Positions 23,964 to 36,051 of a DNA stretch of 64,000 bases are shown here, in pieces (positions within the stretch are counted from its first letter, which is position 1; every line of letters starts with the position of its first letter). This DNA is from Meiothermus sp. (lineage in GTDB: Bacteria; Deinococcota; Deinococci; Deinococcales; Thermaceae): NCBI GenBank assembly GCA_033762915.1, contig JANRLD010000031.1, positions 1 through 64,000 on the forward strand, read 5' to 3'. A program made the translations under genes and the position numbers. The notes under the pieces were generated by a model. That model was not told where the DNA came from. It did not search any database and saw nothing but the letters and a program-made list of their open reading frames with translations.

Positions 23964-23990
23964 AAACAAAAACCCCGCCGTCCGGCGGGG
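23964..23990 (-). terminator. intrinsic terminator of the zinc peptidase gene
   Basis: CCCCGCCG-tc-CGGCGGGG stem preceded by an A-run on the + strand. Confidence 0.7.
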
Positions 23991-24010
23991 CTCGCTGGCT
24001 TTAGTTGGCC

Positions 24011-24706
24011 TCACTCCTCGCGCTGGCTCATCATGATGGCCGCGTAGTTGAGCAGCCAGGCCACGGTGGTGGCGAGGGCGGCCACGTAGGTCAGGGCGGC
24101 AGCGGTCAGCACACTTCTAGCCCCGCTCATCTCGGAGGGCTCGAGGAAGTTCATCTTCTTAAGGATGGTCAGGGCGCGGTTGGAGGCGTCGAACTCCACC
24201 GGCAGGGTGATGAGTTGGAACAGCGCAGCGGCGGCGAACAGCAGAATACCGATGGTCATGAAGGTGCCGCCGGCCGAGCCCATGAACAGGCCGATCATAA
24301 AGATGATGGGGCCGAGGTTCGAGCCGATGCTGGCGACCGGCAGAATGCTGGCCCTGGCCCGCAGCCAGGCGTAGGCCTTGGCGTCCTGGATGGCGTGCCC
24401 CACCTCGTGGGCGGCCACGGCGAGCGCCGCTGCCGAGGGCGAGTGGAAGTTGGGCTCGGAGAGCCGCACCGCCTTGGCCATGGGGTCGTAGTGGTCGGTC
24501 AGGGCGCCGGGCACCATCTCCACCCGCACGTTCTGAAGCCCGTAGGCGTCGAGAATCGACCTCGCCACCTGCTCTCCGGTGTAGCCCCGGCTGTTCGCCA
24601 CACGGCTGTACTTGGCGTAGGTGCGCTGTAAGTAAAACTGGATTCCGAGTGTGGCGATGAAGACCACGCCGATTAGGATGTAAGTTAGGAGCACAAAAGG
24701 ATCCAT
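24011..24706 (-). CDS. membrane zinc metallopeptidase (YugP / Zn_peptidase_2)
   Basis: LTDHYDP, AAHEVGHAIQ, TLPVEFDASNRA, AAALTYVA; GGAGG RBS. Confidence 0.92.
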   Translation of the reverse strand: MDPFVLLTYILIGVVFIATLGIQFYLQRTYAKYSRVANSRGYTGEQVARSILDAYGLQNVRVEMVPGALTDHYDPMAKAVRLSEPNFHSPSAAALAVAAHEVGHAIQDAKAYAWLRARASILPVASIGSNLGPIIFMIGLFMGSAGGTFMTIGILLFAAAALFQLITLPVEFDASNRALTILKKMNFLEPSEMSGARSVLTAAALTYVAALATTVAWLLNYAAIMMSQREE

Positions 24707-24910
24707 GCATTCCTCCGGTTATTACTGTACCTGACGACAGTTAATATATCTGAGAGATGGGTGACTAAGCAAGTTATCTGGATGGAGTACAAAGGGACAC
24801 AATTCAGCCGATGGCGCTTTGCAACAGCGTCTGGGGGCTTAACGCACGGCCCGGTCCCGGCAGGTAAGGTGCTGAAAACCAACCAGAGGCACTTTTGGCC
24901 TCCCCCATAG

Positions 24911-24990
24911 ACAGGTTGCGCCAGGGTAGATTTGCGAGACGAGCGGAAACGTATGGCGTGCTGGAGCAAGCTCTGACTCAATTGCCTACG
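24911..24990 (+). repeat. partial family-B element
   Basis: AGGTTGCGCCAGGGTAGATTTGCGA start matches 30870. Confidence 0.55.
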
Positions 24991-25033
24991 GGCGTCTCGG
25001 GGCCACGTTTTGTGGGGCCACTCAGCCTCCGGC

Positions 25034-25303
25034 CTACGCGAGGGGGCTGCTCTTGATAGTGAAGCGCACAGCGGTGCGCTCCTCCGACTCGAGTTCGAGC
25101 TTGACGAAGGCGGGCTTGACCCAGAGGTCGAGGTTGTCGGGGGCAATGTAACCCCTGGCGATGGCGATGGCCTTGACGGCCTGGTTGACCGCCTCGGGGC
25201 CGATGGCCTGGACTTCGACCTCCTGTTGGGAGCGCAGCAGCGCGGCAATCGCGCCCGCGACCGAGTTCGGGCGAGACTTGCCGGACACACGTAGGGTTTC
25301 CAC
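25034..25303 (-). CDS. spoVS: SpoVS family protein
   Basis: LRVSGKSRPNSVAGAIA, AIGPEAVNQAVKAIAIARGY; AGGAGG RBS, GTG start. Confidence 0.95.
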   Translation of the reverse strand: METLRVSGKSRPNSVAGAIAALLRSQQEVEVQAIGPEAVNQAVKAIAIARGYIAPDNLDLWVKPAFVKLELESEERTAVRFTIKSSPLA

Positions 25304-25400
25304 TCTCTAGTCCTCCTGTTTAGCAGCCACGAATGCGCATGTAGTCACAAGTAGGCTAGACATCCCGCTGCCCCCGCCCTGCCGGGACGTTCATGAGTGC

Positions 25401-25430
25401 ATTGTAGGTGGTGGGGTAAAGCAAAGTCAA
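25401..25430 (-). promoter_or_regulatory. sigma70-type promoter of spoVS
   Basis: TTGACT-18 nt-TACAAT on the - strand. Confidence 0.65.
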
Positions 25431-25540
25431 CAAATAACCTACACTCTGGCCCGAAAAGTGCTATAATTCGCCGACAATCTAGGTCAGGAAAACCGGGGTC
25501 TCGAGGCCAAAACTGCGTCGGGATTGATATTTATTTGTGG

Positions 25541-25569
25541 TTGACGTAACAAAGGGCGGCCCGTATACT
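25541..25569 (+). promoter_or_regulatory. sigma70-type promoter upstream of gltB (a second extended -10, TGcTATAAT, lies at 25459-25467)
   Basis: TTGACG-17 nt-TATACT. Confidence 0.7.
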
Positions 25570-25649
25570 TCTTGAAATCCGCGCATAAGTTTGCGTGGTT
25601 TTTTCCTAACCCCAAAAACCGGCGCTTCAGCGCAATGGAGGTCTGGCGC

Positions 25650-30146
<4,497 letters not shown>

Positions 30147-30247
30147 GCGGGAAGCTATAGGCGAAAGATTTGGCCCCTCGAGCGCAAACTCGAGGGGTTG
30201 GTTTTGCCTTTACTGTCGTTTGTGCGTTTGTGTAGTACGATCTTGTT

Positions 30248-30532
30248 ATGGCACATGTGAAGGAAAAGGAAATTAAGACCGTCTCGAGCAGTGGGCAAAT
30301 CTCGCTGGGCAAAGCCTACGCAGGTGAGACGGTTGCGCTCGAGCGGTTGGATGACGGACGCTGGGTCATTACGCCGGTGCAGGTGATTCCCAAACATCTG
30401 ATGTGGGCCAACACTCCTGAAGTAGCCCAGGAACTCGATCAGTTCTTAAGCTGGAAGGGAGAACAAAAACTCAAGGCCACCTCCGCCACCCAACTCAAAG
30501 CCCTTGCCAAAAAGCTCGAGGCTGAGGAGTAG
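30248..30532 (+). CDS. putative AbrB/MazE-like antitoxin
   Basis: KTVSSSGQISL looped-hinge pattern; 94 aa; immediately upstream of a toxin-like gene; TACGAT 6 nt upstream. Confidence 0.7.
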   Translation: MAHVKEKEIKTVSSSGQISLGKAYAGETVALERLDDGRWVITPVQVIPKHLMWANTPEVAQELDQFLSWKGEQKLKATSATQLKALAKKLEAEE

Positions 30533-30817
30533 ATGCCTCAAGTCAACCTCAACTACGAGCCGTTTCTACAGGCGTGGTTTGCGCTCGAGAAACCCGAGCA
30601 ACTGGCAATGCTGAAGACCATCCGCAAGATTCTGGCGCTCTCCTGGGACGAGTTGTACAAGGACAGTGGCCTAAACTGGGAGCTGGCGACCCAGCGCGGC
30701 GAAGAACGCTTCTACTCCATCCGCATCACCCAAAAATGCCGCGCCTTGGTGCAGCGGGAAGGCAACCTGGTGGTCTTCGTCAGCCTACATCCTGACCACG
30801 ACAGCGCCTACAGATAG
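30533..30817 (+). CDS. putative RelE/ParE-superfamily toxin
   Basis: 94 aa; GLNWE...YSIRITQKCRALV...HDSAY pattern; starts directly after the previous stop. Confidence 0.7.
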   Translation: MPQVNLNYEPFLQAWFALEKPEQLAMLKTIRKILALSWDELYKDSGLNWELATQRGEERFYSIRITQKCRALVQREGNLVVFVSLHPDHDSAYR

Positions 30818-30869
30818 GGTTGGTTGAGGCAGAACCCCTCGAGTGCTGGTTGGCTCGAGGGGCTCTTCA

Positions 30870-30984
30870 TAAGTTGCGCCAGGGTAGGTTTGCGAAACCG
30901 CTGGACGCAGCAAGCGGCTGTCTGGCGCAATCCCCGGCGGACATCCCGGGGAGCCATTTCGCAATTTCACCATGGAGACACTTA
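30870..30984 (+). mobile_element. family-B MITE-like element
   Basis: TAAGTTGCGCCAGGGT...ACCATGGAGACACTTA imperfect TIRs with internal hairpins. Confidence 0.7.
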
Positions 30985-31014
30985 AACGTGTCTATCAAGT
31001 CGCAACGCTGTTTT

Positions 31015-31431
31015 CTATTTTGGTATTTCTAAAACCCGATCAACATAGTGTTTCTTGAGAGCTTCCAGTGAAACACTAAAAGCAACCTTTCTGAAGGGGT
31101 TAGTTCGATCCCCAGTTTTCTGGACAACCATCCAACCACTAAACACCTCGGTTGGTGGATCAAGCCCCCAGCACTTTACACTTCGTGATGGAATAACATA
31201 CCACCGGGTTTGACGTTTCTTCTGTAATGCCCTGTCTACATAGGCAACATAGACAGTTTCGCTAGTACCGCCCACATCTACGATAGCCGTTTGCCAGTAC
31301 TCAAAAAGTTGAGGTCGTGCGCCAAAGTCGTAGATCGCGTCATTGAGTGGGTATTTTGGCACATCAGGGCTGTAATCATGACCTAAAGTCTTACCAGTCA
31401 ATAGCCTAAACTTGTGAATTTTTCGTGCCAT
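31015..31431 (-). CDS. hypothetical protein, low GC
   Basis: 138-aa open frame spanning an AT-rich island; no family recognised. Confidence 0.6.
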   Translation of the reverse strand: MARKIHKFRLLTGKTLGHDYSPDVPKYPLNDAIYDFGARPQLFEYWQTAIVDVGGTSETVYVAYVDRALQKKRQTRWYVIPSRSVKCWGLDPPTEVFSGWMVVQKTGDRTNPFRKVAFSVSLEALKKHYVDRVLEIPK

Positions 31432-31561
31432 ACATTTATCTTAAGCAAGCTTTGCAATCATCTCCACTGCGCTCAATAACTGGAAGGCCAATTAGGGTCA
31501 ATCAAGGCTCGAGCAAGCGGGTTGGCTGGAGGCTCGAGCAAAGTTGGCCCGCAAGGGTAGG

Positions 31562-31828
31562 TTAGTTCAGCCACTTGCTGCGCTGGTAGGGGCAGCGGGA
31601 CTGCTCGGGGCAGTTGCGGCGGCCCTGGCGCAGGGCGGCCACCTCGGCGGGGTTGAGGGGGTCCTTGCATACCGCGCACTTCTCCGTCACCTTGCGCGGC
31701 GCGGGCCGCAGCCCGCCCCGGCCCAGCCCTACCCGCCGCAGCCAAGCCTGGGGCAGCACCGCCTGGAGCACACGGAACAGGAAGTAGACGGCCAGGGCGA
31801 TCAGCAGGGCGGCGATGAGTACGTCCAT
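31562..31828 (-). CDS. small membrane-anchored protein with a Cys-rich putative Zn finger
   Basis: N-terminal TM helix; CAVC...CPEQSRCPY; TACACT upstream. Confidence 0.65.
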   Translation of the reverse strand: MDVLIAALLIALAVYFLFRVLQAVLPQAWLRRVGLGRGGLRPAPRKVTEKCAVCKDPLNPAEVAALRQGRRNCPEQSRCPYQRSKWLN

Positions 31829-32077
31829 ACGCCTAGAGTGTAGCGGCTCGAGGGATAAATAAACCAAGTTTTTGCACGGTCAGGGCGGTTCGCGAGTTGC
31901 CGAGGGCGGATTGCCGGGGGTGTGAGGCTCAGCCAGGTCGGCCTTCGGGGGACAGGAACTCCTTGAGAAACCGGCGGCGGGCACAGCCGCGCTGGGGCGC
32001 GGACCGAGCGTGCAGGGTAACCGCAAAGTCGGGTTTTTGGGAGCAACTCCGAAAGCCAGCAGGCATAACCATGAAGT

Positions 32078-32200
32078 CCACCCCTACAGCGTAGGGGTGG
32101 GTAGGGCGGGGTTTGTTCCGTGCTGACCCATGTATTCGCTGACTGAATGGGCGACCTCGGAACAGACCCCTCCAACCTCCCCTACGCTGTAGGGGAGGCA
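32078..32200. repeat. family-E REP-like inverted pair
   Basis: CCCCTACAGCGTAGGGG and CCCCTACGCTGTAGGGG hairpins in inverted orientation, with a CCCTCCAACCTCCCC flank. Confidence 0.6.
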
Positions 32201-32301
32201 TTATGGCGACTTTGCGGGTGCCCTGGCCGAGCGTGCCCTGAAACCCGTCTAACTTGTGAATAAAAGCTAAAATGGGAGGGCTGCCCTGCGGGGCCTCACC
32301 T

Positions 32302-34506
32302 ATGTTTGCCCACCTCGCCAACTTTGTCACCCGCTATCCGCTTCAGGTCGTAGCCTTCTGGATCGTGCTGGTGCTGGCCTCGGTGCCGCTGGCCGCGATG
32401 GCCCCTGGGCGCTTGGTCGCCAACGCCAGCGACGTGAAGAACAGCGAGGCCCAGCGGGTGATCGAGACCCTCGAGCGCGAGTTCGGCCTGTCCTCCACCG
32501 ACCGCACCATCCTGGTGAGCGAGTCGGGCCTGTCCGCGACCGACCCGCGTTTCCTCGAGACCTATGACCGGCTGCTGGGACGCGTGGCCGCCGTGGACGG
32601 GGTAATCAAGGTCAACCGCTTCGACGCGCCCAGCCCGCTCAAGCAGATTAGCGACGACGGCAGGATCACCGCGACGCTGCTGGATACCCGGCTCGAGAAC
32701 GCCGACCCCATCATCACTGCCCTGCGCAGCGAGGCGCGGGCGGCCCAGACGCCCGAGATCAAGTTCTACGTGACGGGCGCGAGCGCGGTCACCAAGGACT
32801 TCTTGTACCTGCTCGAGGCCGACGTAAAGCGCTCCGAGCTGATGGCCCTGCCGCTCACCGGCATGGTGCTGCTGCTGGCCTTTGGGGCGATGGTGGCGGC
32901 GGGGCTGCCGCTGATGGTGGGGGTGGTGGGGATCAGCACCGGGATGGCCGCGCTGTTCTTCCTAACCCAGATCGGAGACGTGAGCAGCTTCGCCCAGTCG
33001 GTAATTACCATGCTTAGCCTGGGGGCCGGGATTGACTACGCGCTGATGCTGGTCAACCGCTTCCGCGAGGAGCTGGCCAAGGGGCTGACCCCTAAGGAAG
33101 CCGCCAACATCACCGCCCGTACCGCGGGCCGGGCGGTGGCCTTCAGCGGGCTGGTGGTGGCGATTGCGATGGGGGCCATGCTGGTGCCCGACCTGACCTT
33201 CATCCGCTCGATGGGGATCGGGGGCGTGATGAGCATCACCCTGACCGTTCTGGCCTCGGTCACCCTGCTGCCCGCCATCCTGGCGCTGCTGGGCGAGCGG
33301 GTTAACTCGCCGCGCCGCCTGGCCTTCCGGCTCACCACCAGCGGCCGGGTGGCCCCCTTCTGGGGCCGCTGGGCGGGCGCGGTGATGCGCCGCCCCTGGA
33401 TGTACACCTTCCTGGCGGGCGGCTTCCTGCTGCTGGTGGCCTGGCCCACCACCGGGATGCAGGTGGGCTACACCGGGGCCTTCGGGCTGGGGCCGAACGT
33501 GGAGTCGCGGCGGGGCCTCGAGCTGATCCGGGGGCTCGAGCTGGGCGGGGCGATGGACTCTTTCGAGATCCTGCTCGACCTGGGCAGTGAGGGCTTTACG
33601 CCGGAGAACCGCACCCGGTGGCGCGACCTCGAACGCCGCCTCTCGGCCTGGCCCGAGGTTCGGCTGGTGGTCTCGCCCTTCCTGGCCGGCCGCCTGGAGG
33701 GGCAGGGCAGCTTCGCCGACCTGGTCAGCCTCAACAGCCAGTACATCAGCCAGAACCGCCGCCACTTGCGCCTGACCGTCATCCCCAAGGACAAGATCCA
33801 CGCCCCCTCCATCCCGCAGTGGTACGAGCGCCTCAAGGCCGAGGCCCAGGCCGCCGGGTTCGCGAACGTGTCGCTGGGCGGTGCGCCGATCGGCTCGATG
33901 GAGTTCACCAACGCCCTGGTCGAAGCGATGCCCGCCGCCATCGGGACGGTCTTCCTGGCCACCTTCGTGCTGCTGGGGGTGGCCTTCCGCTCCATCGTGA
34001 TCCCGATTAAGTCCATTCTGATGAACAGCCTCACGGTGGGCTCGGCCTACGGGATCGTGACGCTGGTCTTCCAGCACGGCGTGGGGGCCAACTTAATCGG
34101 CGTCCCCACGGACGTGGGGGGCATCGACTCCTCGCTGCCGCTGATGATGTTCGCGGTGATCTTCGGGCTCTCGATGGACTACGAAATTTTCCTGCTCTCG
34201 AGGGTTCAGGAGGCCCACCTGGCGGGGATGGAGACCAAGGAGGCGGTGAAGTACGCCCTCGAGCGCACTGCCGGGGTGATTACCAGCGCGGCCCTGATCA
34301 TGATCATCGTCTTCTCGGCCTTCATCTTCGGGCAGGTGGTGGCCAACAAGATGGTGGGGCTGGGGCTGGCGGTGGCGGTCTTTCTGGACGCGACCCTGGT
34401 GCGGCTGGTGCTGGTCCCGGCGGTGATGGTGCTGGCGGGCAAGTGGAACTGGTGGCTGCCCGAGCCGCTCAAGCGGGTGATGCCCAAGATCAGCCTCGAG
34501 TCGTAG
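32302..34506 (+). CDS. MMPL family (RND superfamily) transporter
   Basis: two repeats with GAGIDYALMLVNRFREE and FGLSMDYEIFLLSR; 12-TM layout. Confidence 0.93.
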   Translation: MFAHLANFVTRYPLQVVAFWIVLVLASVPLAAMAPGRLVANASDVKNSEAQRVIETLEREFGLSSTDRTILVSESGLSATDPRFLETYDRLLGRVAAVDGVIKVNRFDAPSPLKQISDDGRITATLLDTRLENADPIITALRSEARAAQTPEIKFYVTGASAVTKDFLYLLEADVKRSELMALPLTGMVLLLAFGAMVAAGLPLMVGVVGISTGMAALFFLTQIGDVSSFAQSVITMLSLGAGIDYALMLVNRFREELAKGLTPKEAANITARTAGRAVAFSGLVVAIAMGAMLVPDLTFIRSMGIGGVMSITLTVLASVTLLPAILALLGERVNSPRRLAFRLTTSGRVAPFWGRWAGAVMRRPWMYTFLAGGFLLLVAWPTTGMQVGYTGAFGLGPNVESRRGLELIRGLELGGAMDSFEILLDLGSEGFTPENRTRWRDLERRLSAWPEVRLVVSPFLAGRLEGQGSFADLVSLNSQYISQNRRHLRLTVIPKDKIHAPSIPQWYERLKAEAQAAGFANVSLGGAPIGSMEFTNALVEAMPAAIGTVFLATFVLLGVAFRSIVIPIKSILMNSLTVGSAYGIVTLVFQHGVGANLIGVPTDVGGIDSSLPLMMFAVIFGLSMDYEIFLLSRVQEAHLAGMETKEAVKYALERTAGVITSAALIMIIVFSAFIFGQVVANKMVGLGLAVAVFLDATLVRLVLVPAVMVLAGKWNWWLPEPLKRVMPKISLES

Positions 34507-34700
34507 CGCGGGGCATGGACCGCCGGCCCGACCACGAGGCTCTCGAGCTGCGGGGCCAGAAGACCGAAGGCAGGGGCCAGGGCCCAGAAGAGGGCGGACT
34601 GGTGGACTTTTTCGCCGATTGCAGCCGCTCCCGCCCACACCCCGCCGCACTGCCGAGCTTGGCCACTGTGTTGCGGCCCTGAATTCCGTACATTGGGGCC

Positions 34701-35942
34701 ATGCCCGCCCCCGAGATCGTCCTGCTGGTCGTCGCCGTGCTGCTCCTGGTGAGCATCCTGGCCAGCAAGCTGGGCGGGCGGCTGGGGCTGCCGGGGCTGC
34801 TGGTCTTCCTGGTCATCGGGATGCTGGCCGGGAGCGACGGGCCGGGCGGCATCTGGTTTGACAACTACGCGCTGGCCCAGTTCGTGGGGACGGTGGCGCT
34901 GGTCTTCATCCTGTACACGGGCGGCCTCTCGACGCGCTGGCAGACCGTGCGCCCGATCCTCTGGCCGGGGCTCTCGCTGGCCACGCTGGGGGTGCTGCTG
35001 ACCATGCTCCTCACCGGAGCCTTCGCCAAGTGGGTGCTGGGCTGGGGCTGGCTCGAGGCACTGCTGCTGGGCGCGGTGGTCTCCTCGACCGATGCCAGCG
35101 CGGTGTTCAGCGTGCTGCGCGAGCGCTCGGTGGCGCTCAAGCGGCGGGTGCGGCCGCTGCTCGAGTTCGAGTCGGGCATCAACGACCCGATGGCGGTCTT
35201 CCTCACGGTGGGCCTGACCCTGCTGCTGACCCAGCCCGAGCGCCCACTGTGGAGCATCGTGCCCTTCTTCCTGCAGCAGATGGTGCTCGGCCTGGCGCTG
35301 GGCTACGCTTTCGGGCTGGGCACGGTCTGGCTGATTCGGCGGCTGCACCTCAGCTCGGCGGGGCTCTACGCGGTGCTCTCCATCACCCTGATGCTGCTGG
35401 GCTTCTCGGCCACGGCGGTGCTGGGCGGGAGCGGCTTTCTGGCGGTCTATGTGATGGGGGTGGTGGTGGCCGGCAGCGACTTCATGCAGAAGGCCCCGCT
35501 GGTCAGCTTCCACGAGGGGATCACCTATCTGATGGAGATCGGGATGTTCCTGACCCTGGGGCTGCTGGTCTTCCCCTCACAACTGCCCCCCATCGCGGGC
35601 GCGGCCCTGCTGATCTCGCTGTTCCTGATGCTGCTGGGCCGGCCCCTGAGCGTCTTCTTGAGCATGGCCCTGACCCCGATGCCCCTGGCCGACAAGGCGC
35701 TGGTCTCGTGGGTGGGGCTGCGCGGGGCCATCCCGATCATCCTGGCAACCTTCCCGCTGCTGGCCGGGGTGCGGGTGGCCCAGGACATTTTCAACATCAC
35801 CTTCTTCATCGTGCTGACCTCGGTGCTCCTGCAGGGCACCACGCTGGCGGTGGTGGCGCGGTGGCTGGGGGTGAGCGTGGAGGAGCGGGACAGGGCAGCG
35901 CAGGGGGGCAGGGGGCCGGCGGGAGAGCAGGGGACAGATTGA
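34701..35942 (+). CDS. cvrA: potassium/proton antiporter (CvrA/NhaP2), membrane domain only
   Basis: GSDGPGGI, SSTDASAVF, ESGINDP, GSGFLAVY, WVGLRGAIPI; TACATT 6 nt upstream. Confidence 0.85.
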   Translation: MPAPEIVLLVVAVLLLVSILASKLGGRLGLPGLLVFLVIGMLAGSDGPGGIWFDNYALAQFVGTVALVFILYTGGLSTRWQTVRPILWPGLSLATLGVLLTMLLTGAFAKWVLGWGWLEALLLGAVVSSTDASAVFSVLRERSVALKRRVRPLLEFESGINDPMAVFLTVGLTLLLTQPERPLWSIVPFFLQQMVLGLALGYAFGLGTVWLIRRLHLSSAGLYAVLSITLMLLGFSATAVLGGSGFLAVYVMGVVVAGSDFMQKAPLVSFHEGITYLMEIGMFLTLGLLVFPSQLPPIAGAALLISLFLMLLGRPLSVFLSMALTPMPLADKALVSWVGLRGAIPIILATFPLLAGVRVAQDIFNITFFIVLTSVLLQGTTLAVVARWLGVSVEERDRAAQGGRGPAGEQGTD

Positions 35943-35960
35943 CGGCGGCTCGAGACCTCA

Positions 35961-36051
35961 GAGCGGTTCCCACGCATACTCCCTACAGCAAAAACCGCTG
36001 TAGGGAGTACATTACCTGCCGCCGCGAGGGAGGTAATGGTGGGGAACGCGA
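35961..36051 (+). mobile_element. family-A MITE (minimal intact form, 91 bp)
   Basis: flanked by TCA/TCA; outer TIR plus hairpins TACTCCCTACAGC-GCTGTAGGGAGTA and CATTACCT-AGGTAATG. Confidence 0.85.

Noticed and set aside
24745..24775. HspR HAIR-like operator upstream of the zinc peptidase
   Set aside because: Only a partial match to CTTGAGT-N7-ACTCAAG, with wrong spacing.
25572..25649. TTG start at 25572 for gltB, as given in the ORF track
   Set aside because: It lies only 2 nt after the -10 box; ATG 25650 has a GGAGG RBS and gives a short propeptide before the catalytic Cys.
34701..35942. cvrA as a pseudogene because it lacks C-terminal soluble domains
   Set aside because: The transport domain is intact, no downstream remnant is visible, and short forms are plausible; truncation cannot be supported without alignments.
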